Source of the DNA: Clostridia bacterium
GTDB taxonomy: Bacteria > Bacillota > Clostridia > Christensenellales > UBA1242
Assembly (NCBI GenBank): GCA_045538455.1
Contig: JAZSRL010000010.1
Location: 29,244 to 93,243, forward strand
Direction of reading: 5' to 3'
DNA: 64,000 bases
The first letter of the stretch is position 1. Each line of letters opens with the position of its first letter. This document shows positions 1 to 10,100 of this stretch, one piece after another. Position numbers and translations under genes: made by a program. Under the pieces are notes generated by a model. It saw only the letters and a list, made by a program, of their open reading frames with translations, was not told the origin of the DNA and made no database searches.

Positions 1-1
1 T

Positions 2-2599
2 TATAATATTCGTGAAGATGCACCAAAAATTGAACTGGATTGTTACCAATCAAGTGTAAGCGAGAATGATGTGACTTTATCGGTAACAAATCTTCAAAAC
101 CTTCCAAAAATTTTATTTGATGAAGGGCTATTGTCTCTATACAAGATGACTGTTAGAATTGCAGGCAGTGATATTAAAAATGTTTATGATTTTAAAATAT
201 ATGGAACTCAAATACAAGGTTATGCAAAACAAGATTTAATCATAGAAGTAACAGATCCATTTGGGCGCGTAAGCGTTACAGAATATCATCAACAAAAACA
301 AAGTTCGATTAGTTTTATAACATATGGTAATACCGTAACTCAAAACGGCGTTATTTATATTGGTGATGAGCGTGGTGTGCAATTTAGCTATTTGCGCGAA
401 GCATACAATGTATTATTCTATAACGCTGCAACGGGTGAAGTTTTGACAAATTTACAGCCTTCATTTATATCCAACGATACCAAAACTTACACTTATACAT
501 TTGTGCCAACAAAAGGAATCAGTTCAGTTGAACAATATCGCATTGTTGCCACTGGTCGTGCTAGTGGAGCACGATTGTTTGATAAGACCTTTGTTTTTGA
601 TACTCGTTTACCCAATGTGGATTGGAAGAATGCGAGTGAACAAAAAATTCAGGTACAAAATCAAACTTTAGTTAGTGAAGTAACGCTTGATATTACAAAC
701 AGTTTGGTTCCGACAACTTTCCCTGTTACTATTTCCTATACAAGAACATATAACCAACAAGTAGAACGAGTTACATTAAAAGCTGGAACTCAAAAACATA
801 CTTTTAAGCTTGCGGGTAAGTATAAAGTTACATTGCGTAATGTCGTTTGGGCAGAAAAAACTTATGAATTTGAAATTGCTGAAACCAGTGATGATATTGT
901 CTTGGTTTATGATGATGAAAAAAAGTTAGAGCCATGTGCAACTAATTATAAATTTAGGTATAATAAAAATAATCCCGAAGAATATATAATGATTCCACAA
1001 TATATTTTTACGGTCGGTGCAGGAGATTTAGCTAACTACAAATCACATGGATTAGCAGTGAAGGTTGGACAAAGCGATCGTGTTTTAGTTGGTAACACAG
1101 AAAAGCGTACAGATTTTTATGCTTCTGATGCTGCGACATTAATTTGGAAGATTGCGGACGAAATGGGCAATAATCCAATCTACATTGCAACGACTGGTGT
1201 CGCGAAAGGAAGTTTAAATGAATCAACAAGTCCAATCACATTAAAATTAAGTGCTAACCCAAGTGTTGAATCGTTTAATGGAAGTTTTGAAATTAACCCA
1301 TTAACGACTACATATCATGAAATTGATGATGACTTTATGGAAGCACATGATAATAAAATTGAGATTAGTTTATCAAGCGCAGTTCCTTATTATATCGTAG
1401 AAGGGAATACAATTGTTGTAAAATGTTATTTTAATGGTCAATTGGTAAAGACTTTGCAAGGAAATTCTCCAGATCAGGTTTATGTAATTAACCGATATGA
1501 TGCTGGTTTTTATGAATTTGAAGTGCATGATATGGTAGGTAATTATTTGCGTTTTGGTGATCCGAACGAAACGAATAAAGATAGTATTAATTATCAACAA
1601 AAGCGTTATACATTGTGGGTAAGAACAAAGCCAACGGTTTTGATTAATGACAAAATGCCAATTAATGGAATGATATATAATGATCGTGTTGAAATCAAAC
1701 TGGTTGACTATGGTAATAATTTCTTGAAAAAAAGATTTGCTAATGAAATTGAAGCAGACGAAAACTATTTGAGCAAGTATTATTGCATTAGCGAAGTACA
1801 AGTAACACATACAGGTTCTAATGGAAAAGAAGAGACAATTATTACCGAGCAAAAACCATCTTATGTATGGACAGAGACCGGAACTTATCAAATTAAAGTG
1901 ACTTATCGAATTGACGATTCTTCTTTGAATAATGTGTATTCAGAATTTACATTCCAAATTATTCCTTCTTATACCGTGAGAGAAACTTTAAGTATGTCGA
2001 TTTATCCAGATGTTCAAGTTGCATCGGTTAAGCGCAATGGTTCTATAATTCATGATTTTGATAATATTAAGGTTAATGAATATATGGTGTTTGATGCAGA
2101 TATTAATCCTGGCACTTATGTTGTAACATTAAAAACTTTCAACCATATTTTAAAAGAGTTCGTTTTCCACGATGTTAAGTTTAATATACAACATAAAACT
2201 AACAGCGCTAGTGATTATTTTATTTTAAGTGGTAGCAGTGGTGATGGCATAACAGGTTCTGTAATTTTAAAGTATAATCCTTATTGGTTATTTTTAGCCC
2301 AAGGTGATGTGACAATTTATGTCTACAAAAATGAAGTGGAACAACTCAATTTGACTATCGATAGTTCTATTTTAGAAACTGAGAACTATAATTTACAGGA
2401 ACTCTTCACGGCTTCTGATGCTGGAATGTATTCAGTTATTGTCCGAGATGTTGACGGAGACCCTGTGTTTATGGATAGTTGGACTGTAAACGCAAAACAA
2501 AGTACTTTTGGTTATGTGATTTTGGTTGTTGTTTTGTGTATATTTGGTATTGGTTTGTTGATCTTTGTCCGTATGCGTAATAAGATGTCAACAAAATAA
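2..2599 (+). CDS. C-terminal part of a large surface protein with beta-rich (Ig/PKD-like) domains and a C-terminal TM anchor; 5'-partial
   Basis: The frame is open from position 2, so the gene starts outside the window. Repeated G.Y.(V/I) beta motifs (AGKYKVT, AGFYEFE, TGTYQIK, PGTYVVT, AGMYSVI). Ends in a hydrophobic helix plus basic tail (VILVVVLCIFGIGLLIFVRMRNK). Confidence 0.75.
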   Translation, partial: YNIREDAPKIELDCYQSSVSENDVTLSVTNLQNLPKILFDEGLLSLYKMTVRIAGSDIKNVYDFKIYGTQIQGYAKQDLIIEVTDPFGRVSVTEYHQQKQSSISFITYGNTVTQNGVIYIGDERGVQFSYLREAYNVLFYNAATGEVLTNLQPSFISNDTKTYTYTFVPTKGISSVEQYRIVATGRASGARLFDKTFVFDTRLPNVDWKNASEQKIQVQNQTLVSEVTLDITNSLVPTTFPVTISYTRTYNQQVERVTLKAGTQKHTFKLAGKYKVTLRNVVWAEKTYEFEIAETSDDIVLVYDDEKKLEPCATNYKFRYNKNNPEEYIMIPQYIFTVGAGDLANYKSHGLAVKVGQSDRVLVGNTEKRTDFYASDAATLIWKIADEMGNNPIYIATTGVAKGSLNESTSPITLKLSANPSVESFNGSFEINPLTTTYHEIDDDFMEAHDNKIEISLSSAVPYYIVEGNTIVVKCYFNGQLVKTLQGNSPDQVYVINRYDAGFYEFEVHDMVGNYLRFGDPNETNKDSINYQQKRYTLWVRTKPTVLINDKMPINGMIYNDRVEIKLVDYGNNFLKKRFANEIEADENYLSKYYCISEVQVTHTGSNGKEETIITEQKPSYVWTETGTYQIKVTYRIDDSSLNNVYSEFTFQIIPSYTVRETLSMSIYPDVQVASVKRNGSIIHDFDNIKVNEYMVFDADINPGTYVVTLKTFNHILKEFVFHDVKFNIQHKTNSASDYFILSGSSGDGITGSVILKYNPYWLFLAQGDVTIYVYKNEVEQLNLTIDSSILETENYNLQELFTASDAGMYSVIVRDVDGDPVFMDSWTVNAKQSTFGYVILVVVLCIFGIGLLIFVRMRNKMSTK

Positions 2600-2601
2600 A
2601 T

Positions 2602-3390
2602 TTATTCAATACAATAGCAATTACCGATTTGGCTTTGTAAGGCAACATCAATAAATATGTCTTTGCCTTCGATGATGTTTTGTGTTTGTAAATATTGTCT
2701 TACAGTTTGATAGGCTAGTGTTGGTGTGTTGTTTTTTTCGCTTAGGTGCGCCAAGATGACTTGTGATACATTGGCTTGATAAAGCTTAGCGATTGCGCGT
2801 CCGCAATCAATATTAGATAAATGACCACGATTACCAAGAATGCGGCGCTTGAGCCAATCTGGATATTTAGGATTAGCAGTAAGTTTTTGGATATCATGAT
2901 TGCTTTCAATCACAACGATTTGGCAGGTAGCAAGGTTACTTAAAATGGTGTCAGTCATTTGTCCGATGTCGGTTGCAATACCCACAGTGGCGTTATTTTG
3001 TTGGAATGTATAGCCAAGACAAAATTGACTGTCGTGTGGGACCGTAAAGCTGTTGACTGTAATGTCACCGATTTCAAATGTGCTTTCTGTTTCGATAAAA
3101 TAGTGGGGTGGTAATTTTAAACTGCGTTTTAAAATTTTGACACTTTGTTGGTGGCAATAGATGGGGATATTATAATGAGTTACAAAATCCGCTACACCTT
3201 TCAAGTGGTCGCTGTGTTCATGTGTAATAACAATTGCATTGATACTATGCGGATCAATATGGGCTTGGTTCATAAGTTTTAATATCATCGATAGCGGCAA
3301 ACCAGCGTCAACTAAAATATGGGTAGTGGAACTACCTACATATGTAACATTTCCGGCACTGCCGCTACTTAATGTTTGGATTTTCAGCAT
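2602..3390 (-). CDS. MBL-fold metallo-hydrolase, YycJ/WalJ-like
   Basis: Motifs SSGSAGN, THEHSDH, VPHD, ATDIG, ESNHD, GHLSN, LAHLS..NN. Confidence 0.9.
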   Translation of the reverse strand: MLKIQTLSSGSAGNVTYVGSSTTHILVDAGLPLSMILKLMNQAHIDPHSINAIVITHEHSDHLKGVADFVTHYNIPIYCHQQSVKILKRSLKLPPHYFIETESTFEIGDITVNSFTVPHDSQFCLGYTFQQNNATVGIATDIGQMTDTILSNLATCQIVVIESNHDIQKLTANPKYPDWLKRRILGNRGHLSNIDCGRAIAKLYQANVSQVILAHLSEKNNTPTLAYQTVRQYLQTQNIIEGKDIFIDVALQSQIGNCYCIE

Positions 3391-3411
3391 TTTAATAATA
3401 TACTAGAAAAT

Positions 3412-3990
3412 ATGTTAAAAGTTAAGAGCAATTTACGAGTTTTTTTGTGTTGCGTTGCAATAGCTTTTGTTTGTTTATTTGGATATTTAATGTTTCAAAA
3501 TTTTTGTGCCGAAGTTTTTATTCGCTGGGGGTGGGAGACACGGAATACGGTGGATACTTTGTTTGTTAATGGTTTTTGGAATGCCTTCATGATTGTTGCA
3601 ATTGCATATCCGGTTTTGGAAGAATTAATCTTTCGCTTGTTACTGTGCAAATTATTGAAAGCTACAAAAATGGCTGATTGGTATGTTATTGTTATTAGCG
3701 CTGTTATTTTTATGGTTTATCATTGGTCATGGTCACAGGTTGCATATCAACTATTAATGGGGATTTGGTTGGCGTGGATTTTTATCAAAACACATCAAAT
3801 CGGTTGGACGGTATTAATTCATTTCATTAATAATGCCTTTATTATTACATATACATATTTAACAGGTGCTGGCAATAGCGTCTTTGCGTTAAGTGCGTTG
3901 AATATAATTCTTTCAATAAGTTTGGCTGCTGTTACCACTGTGGCAGTGATTTTATTAATCAAAAAAGGAATTCCGAAATATGAAAAATAA
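3412..3990 (+). CDS. CPBP (CAAX/Abi) family intramembrane metalloprotease
   Basis: Motifs EELIFR, F..YH, HFINN. Start moved to ATG 3412 to avoid overlap with the divergent gene. Confidence 0.85.
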   Translation: MLKVKSNLRVFLCCVAIAFVCLFGYLMFQNFCAEVFIRWGWETRNTVDTLFVNGFWNAFMIVAIAYPVLEELIFRLLLCKLLKATKMADWYVIVISAVIFMVYHWSWSQVAYQLLMGIWLAWIFIKTHQIGWTVLIHFINNAFIITYTYLTGAGNSVFALSALNIILSISLAAVTTVAVILLIKKGIPKYEK

Positions 3991-5056
3991 TCATTATTTA
4001 GCAACTTTAATTATCTATACAACAGCCATTGTATTGTTGATGATGGTACATATATCAGCATCAGTAGGATGTTTTAGTGGTTTGTCTGACAAGTCAGCAG
4101 AGGTCGTAGGCAGCGTTTTACCGCAAATTGTTATAATGTTTGCCATACCACTTGTGTTGTTAATCCTGGTGCGAAAAAAAAGCAAAGAACCGATTATATT
4201 GGGGCAGGTTTGTAATAATATTGGCTGGAATAAAATTTCATTTAAAAATGTCTGTTTGTGCTTTGTGTTAGGGATTTGCTTATATATTCTAAACATTTTT
4301 ATTGCTACTTTATTTGCAACTTTGTTGCGCTCTTTTGGTTATCAATTTAGTTCAAGTGATAATGCTTTTACTGGGTATGATGGCTTAGTTATTTCGATTA
4401 TTTTATCCGCTGTATTGCCAGGAATATGTGAAGAATTTTTACATCGTGGTATTTTATTAAATGGCATGATGCATCAAATGGGCGTTAAGAAGGCAATTTT
4501 GTGGAGTAGTTTATTGTTTGGATTAATGCACATGAATGTTGGACAGTTCTTTTATGCGACAATTCTTGGTTGGTTTATGGCGGTGACAGTTTTATCTTCT
4601 GGATCGTTGTGGGGAAGTATTATTGTGCATTTTACAAATAATGCGTTGGCGACATATATGAGTTTTGCGGAAGATTTAAAACTGCCTGGTGCTAATTTAT
4701 TCTCTTATTTATTTAGCAATAGCTTGACTTTAATTGTCACATTAGTTGTGGTTTTTGTGATTATTGGAGAAATTATGCGTCATATGGCTCGTGATAAATT
4801 TAACCGCAATTTAGACCGTTATACAGTGCGTTATTTAGCTGCCGAAAAACAATTTACAACAGATGACTTTGAAAGAGTAAAGGAAGTTTTGCCGCGCATA
4901 ATACAGGGCTTACCGACTTGGAAAGCAACTGCCGCTTACATTGAAACATTTGAGCAACCCAAGCAGGCACGACCGTTGGAAAAGGCGTTCTTAGTAGTTG
5001 TTTGTTTTATGGGTATTGCTTTGACTGTGTTATCGTTTGTATGGGGGACTTGGTAA
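3980..5056 (+). CDS. CPBP (CAAX/Abi) family intramembrane metalloprotease
   Basis: Motifs EEFLHRG, FGLMH, HFTNN; multiple TM segments. Confidence 0.88.
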   Translation: MKNNHYLATLIIYTTAIVLLMMVHISASVGCFSGLSDKSAEVVGSVLPQIVIMFAIPLVLLILVRKKSKEPIILGQVCNNIGWNKISFKNVCLCFVLGICLYILNIFIATLFATLLRSFGYQFSSSDNAFTGYDGLVISIILSAVLPGICEEFLHRGILLNGMMHQMGVKKAILWSSLLFGLMHMNVGQFFYATILGWFMAVTVLSSGSLWGSIIVHFTNNALATYMSFAEDLKLPGANLFSYLFSNSLTLIVTLVVVFVIIGEIMRHMARDKFNRNLDRYTVRYLAAEKQFTTDDFERVKEVLPRIIQGLPTWKATAAYIETFEQPKQARPLEKAFLVVVCFMGIALTVLSFVWGTW

Positions 5057-5449
5057 ATGGACTTTATGCAGGAGGCTGTCAAGCAAGCACAGATTGCAAA
5101 GCGTCATGGCGAAGTTCCGATTGGCTGCGTGATTGTGAAAGATGGAAAAATAATTGCCAAAGGATATAATCAACGCGAACATAAGCGTAACTGTTTGTGG
5201 CATGCAGAGGTCGTGGCTTTGAATCGTGCTTGTCGTAAATTAAAATCGTGGCGGTTAAGTGATTGCGAAATGTATGTGACTTTAGAACCATGTCAAATGT
5301 GTATGGGAGCAATTCTAAATGCGCGCTTGAAAAAGGTTTATTATGGCGCTCAATCGACTACTAATTTAAATTGGCAAACTCCGGCTGAGTTTTTACCTAA
5401 TCAAGAAGCACAAAACATTTTAGTGGCTTTTTTTAAAGAGAAACGCTAA
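5057..5449 (+). CDS. tadA: tRNA-specific adenosine deaminase
   Basis: Motifs EVPIG, HAE, TLEPCQMC, C-terminal FF. Confidence 0.85.
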   Translation: MDFMQEAVKQAQIAKRHGEVPIGCVIVKDGKIIAKGYNQREHKRNCLWHAEVVALNRACRKLKSWRLSDCEMYVTLEPCQMCMGAILNARLKKVYYGAQSTTNLNWQTPAEFLPNQEAQNILVAFFKEKR

Positions 5450-5458
5450 AATAAGAAT

Positions 5459-7030
5459 GTGAAAAATGATTTAGTTAGTTTTGTATCAATTATTGGGTTG
5501 GTTTTACTGGCAACTCTTGTTACAGCAGGGGCGACGACGGGAGTGTTATTCATGTTCCCAAATATATCAATCTTTGGAGCAAAAGCGGTTATGGAGCGGG
5601 AGACACAAATTGTCTATCGTGATGATGAGTTAACACAAGCTTTTGCCCAAGGTCGTTTCATTATTGAAAGTACTGGGACACAAATCGAAGTTAAAATGTC
5701 TAATGATGGTTATCAAGGGGAAGGAACAATTGTTGTTAATGAGTCTGCTACGGGCATTGCATTTAACAGTCTGAATCGTACTCTAGTTCAATGGACGCAA
5801 ACTATTTATAATAATCTACCTTATTATCGCATTAAAATATTAGAGCCTTCTGGTGTGGTGTTTAAAGATAAACCGACAACTGTTTATATTAATTTACCGC
5901 ATCGTTCTAAAAGTAGTAGTTTTACACATGACTTCGTTTTACAAAATCAATACAGTGATGTAAATTTTTCCTATGTTGATAATTCTGTAAGTGCTTCAGA
6001 TGCGTTAAAGATTGGAAGTTTGATAGTTGAAAGTGCTGCTAGTGTCAATATCCTTACTTCACAAAACTCAAGTATTGAAACGATTGATATTAAGGGTAAT
6101 AAAATAAAATTAAATTGCCAAGCGGAAGTAATCGGTAATGTAACCGTGGAAGGTGCCGAAGGGACGCAAACCTTTCACGGTGAAATTGGCGGGGCTTTAA
6201 AAATAAAAGGCAAGAAAAACAACTTTAACGGTAATACAGCGGGGGCAGTTGAAGTAATTAGTCCTAATGGAAATTTAAAATTAAATACTGCAAAAAGCTT
6301 AAAGGTTAATTCAAATGCAAATGTGAGTGTTGAAACCGTGGAAAATGGAATTGAGATGTTGACCGAAAGTGGTAAATTGGATGTAAATGAAGTTCTTGCT
6401 GGTGGCATTAAATTCACTGCTGGATTTGAAGACAAACGAAATGCTACCGCGTCTTTGAAAGTTGATAATGTTATTGGATCGGTCAATGTAATTAATTACG
6501 GAACGGGAAGTATTAATTTAGCCAATGTTATCGGCGATGTTTACATTAAAAGCTCAGAAGAACAAGGTGGTGACATTAATGTGCATTTTAGAACAAGTGA
6601 TAAAAAAAGTAATATTACAATTCGTGGTTATGATGGTGACATTAATGTATCAGGGATTAATGGTTTAGTTGATATTGAAATTCGAAATTGGGAAAATGGG
6701 GCAGGGGCGGCCAATGTCACGGCGCAATTTGATCAAGTTGTTGGTACAGGGAATGTAATTAAAGTTGGTGGTTATATGAGTGGGCATCATGATTGGGGTA
6801 ATGTCAATTTGAAATTGAACAGTGAAAAATGTAATAGTTTTAATATGTATGTATACGGTGCTAGTTCAGCGAACAGCAGCAGTAAGTATGGTTACGATGA
6901 AAATAACATGATTATTGAAACGGACCTTACAAAAGAAGCTAAGGCGAATAAAATTCGTGTTCCGGAATACTTGGGATTCATATCGGGTGCATTAACAGTT
7001 TATTGCAAACAAAGTGTTTATCTTGAGTAA
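5459..7030 (+). CDS. N-terminally anchored protein with Gly/Asn/Val-rich beta-solenoid repeats (DUF4097/adhesin-like)
   Basis: N-terminal hydrophobic helix followed by repeats such as GSINLANVIGDVYI, GGDINVH, DGDINVSGINGLVDI. Confidence 0.6.
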   Translation: MKNDLVSFVSIIGLVLLATLVTAGATTGVLFMFPNISIFGAKAVMERETQIVYRDDELTQAFAQGRFIIESTGTQIEVKMSNDGYQGEGTIVVNESATGIAFNSLNRTLVQWTQTIYNNLPYYRIKILEPSGVVFKDKPTTVYINLPHRSKSSSFTHDFVLQNQYSDVNFSYVDNSVSASDALKIGSLIVESAASVNILTSQNSSIETIDIKGNKIKLNCQAEVIGNVTVEGAEGTQTFHGEIGGALKIKGKKNNFNGNTAGAVEVISPNGNLKLNTAKSLKVNSNANVSVETVENGIEMLTESGKLDVNEVLAGGIKFTAGFEDKRNATASLKVDNVIGSVNVINYGTGSINLANVIGDVYIKSSEEQGGDINVHFRTSDKKSNITIRGYDGDINVSGINGLVDIEIRNWENGAGAANVTAQFDQVVGTGNVIKVGGYMSGHHDWGNVNLKLNSEKCNSFNMYVYGASSANSSSKYGYDENNMIIETDLTKEAKANKIRVPEYLGFISGALTVYCKQSVYLE

Positions 7031-7042
7031 GGTGTTTTTTAC

Positions 7043-7071
7043 TTGACTGTTATTCATATAAAAAATATAAT
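7043..7071 (+). promoter_or_regulatory. sigma-A-type promoter of the giant gene
   Basis: TTGACT (7043) - 17 bp - TATAAT (7066); SD-like GGGGG at 7101 before TTG 7112. Confidence 0.75.
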
Positions 7072-7111
7072 TTAGGCATACTAGGTTAGAGAAAAACATT
7101 GGGGGAAACAC

Positions 7112-10100
7112 TTGAAAAAACGCAGTCTTGCCAGTTTATTAATAGTTAGCATTGTTGCTGTTGCTGCTGTTTTTGGTGTGGTTTTCGCTTTTAAAAATTC
7201 TGGTCGTCAACAAGATGTATATGGTAGTGTAACGGTAACGGTTGATAAGCCGAAGATTGATTTAGAAATTGAGCTTGTTAAAGATGAGACAACAGATAAT
7301 GGATTCCGAATTGTCGACAAGCCAGAATCATCTGCTTACTTTACGATTACGGTTGGTGGTTTGCCAAAAACTGCTAGTCGTCGTGTCGAGTTGAATAAAA
7401 GCTCAATAAGTAATGGTACTGTTAAGGTTGAATCTGTATCTTCTTTAGAAGAAGCTGCAAGAACCGGTATTAACAATTTTAAAGTGACCGGTATAAATGG
7501 TGGGGCGCCAGTAAAAATGGTTTTTACGACCGTTTCTGGGGCTCAAACGATAGCTGTTACTGTTAATGTTCATATGACTGCGAAAGATATGAAGATTGCA
7601 GAAGAATCTCGTTTTGCTTTGCGTCAAGGAGAAGCTCCTTTAAATTTGATGTCTAATGCTATTTTAAATAAATTTACATTCTTTGCTCATCCAGAAGACA
7701 GTGGTCGTGTTTATACAGCAAATAAATTTCCAGTTACATATCGTTTAAAAGAAGAATATCCAGGCGTTATTTTGCAACAAGGTGCAATTGCAGTTAGTGA
7801 TGCTGCAACTTGTGTTGATCAGTATATTATTTTACAGGCGAAATTGCCGGCAATGACGGAGTGGTTAGACATTCCGTTTTATGTGTTTCCAGCGGCAAAA
7901 GACATTAACATAAAAACAGCAGACGCTTATAAATCTGAAACAACGCAAGAGTATGTTTGGGATTTGATTAAAAATCGTTCTAAATATGCAAACGCAAGTT
8001 TTGAATTTGCTTTGGATTATGGAAAATCTGCAAATTCAGATTATGGGTTTAAAGTTGTTAGTGCTGATAAGTCCGTAGCTAGCGTAGAATATATAGACCA
8101 ATATACTCGTAAGTTGTCTGCTGGACAAAATCTTGGTGAAGTTGCGATTGATGTTGTTTGTTATCCTATTATTAATGTAGATGGTAAATCAATAGCGTTT
8201 GACGGTGCTGAAAATGAAAATGTGCAAATCAATAAAACTTTTTATATCCGTGTTCGTAATGAATTTAATGCAGCGGGGGAGAATTTTGGATCTTTATCTT
8301 ATGCTTTAATCGCAAATAAAAATACAGTAAATACCTATTATTATGAGGGTAAAGATAGTCAAAGTGATTATTTTGATACCTTTTCTTTAAATACTGAAAA
8401 TAGTAAAATTGTTAATTTTGAGTCTGAAATTGAATTTATTTTAGATGTTGAATATCCAAATGGACAAAAGGTTTCGTATGGTTGGGATGCATCTAAAAAC
8501 CCAAATCCGGAAATTGGTTTGTTTAATGTTTTACAAATTGGATACTGGTCTAGTGAAACAAATAGCTGGGTCATGCTGTCTGAAAAAAATCATACAGTAA
8601 ATTATTTAAATACTTTCCGTATTTCATTTGTTAAATCTGCGTACGCAAAAGAAGAGTTTATGTATGACGATTTAAAATTGACATTACGCGCAAAAAGTGT
8701 GCATCAATTAACAAATGGTTCATATGCTTCTTATGCACTTAATCTTGATTCAATTTATGCAATTGACGGTTTTGATGTTAAAAATTTAACGGAATTTGAT
8801 GATGGTAGTAAGGGCATTGCTTTGGTTTATGACGAAGAAAACGGTTTCAGTAGTGCTACTTTAGAAGTTTGTGGTTTAATTACTGGCGTTAGTGGCGTGG
8901 TTGATACTTATAGTAAAAACTGGAATCCGAATAAGGTTACAGATAACCGTAATGAATTACAGGCTTTTAAGATCGAGTCAAGTGTGGATTTATCAGGGGA
9001 TATTCCTTATTTGCGTTACGAAATTTCGGGAAGTGATAAGGCTGAAATTGAATATTACAGGGATTATCCATTGACTTTGGTATATGCCAATGGAAAGTCT
9101 TTAACTGTAAATGTTCGTATTTATCCGACAGTTGAAAAATTGTCAATGCTGGCTGTAAGTAACAATAGAGGGGAAATTTATAAAACCAGTCAATTTAACA
9201 ATGGTGATTTTGATTTGGTGCGTACTGCATATGTTCGTAAGGGGCACACATATGAATTTATAATTGATACGGCGAAAGTGAATGTGGGCGCGTATGCAAT
9301 GTTTGATGAAGTACGCAGATCTAGTTGTGATATTGTTACCAATACCACAAGTAAAGTGTTTGATGCGCGTGAATTAGATGAAGGTATATACGAATGTCAA
9401 GTTAGTTTACATGCTTATAGTGATTCTGTTTATGCCAATAAAAAAACTAAATTAACAGTTTATATGGTTGTTGTTGATCCTGTTGTGAATGTAGCAATGC
9501 CGGAAGTTATTCGCTTGAATGGTATAAATGATAGTGCGGAATTAACAATTAGTTTATCTACAATAGAAGGAACTAAAATAACTGATGATAAATTTTTGAA
9601 AATTGATATTGTAGAGCCGATTAATAATAGTATATTGGTTGAAACTGGGGCTGAAATTAATAAATTTAAAGTAACAGCTAAATATATCTCGCGTGAGGCT
9701 ATTAATCTTGGCTTTAAAATTTTCAAAAGTTATAATTTTGTTAATTATGATTTAGATGGTGACGGTCGGGATGGAAACGAAATATTTGAGTTGGATTATA
9801 TTGGTGGCAACTCAGTTACCACACAAGTTGTGGTTGTTAATGAAGCCCCGAACAAAATTGAAAAAATTGATGGTGTTAACCATAACCCTAAATTAGGTAA
9901 CTATTTGGGAATTATTACAAAGCCAGAAAGTGAAGAAAAAACTTTGATGATTGATGTTGCCGATCAGGCAAAGAACAATGCAATTGGTATTGCATATGCA
10001 GAATGGAAAAATGGTAAATATGAATTGTCTCCGTTTGTGGCTTTTGAAAATGATTTAATCATCCCAAATGTTGTAACTATTAACATTGATCATAATGAAA

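Noticed and set aside
9745-9785. DLDGDGRDGNE as a dockerin or EF-hand domain
   Set aside because: It is a single isolated Dx[DN]xDG loop; it may bind calcium but is insufficient for a domain call.
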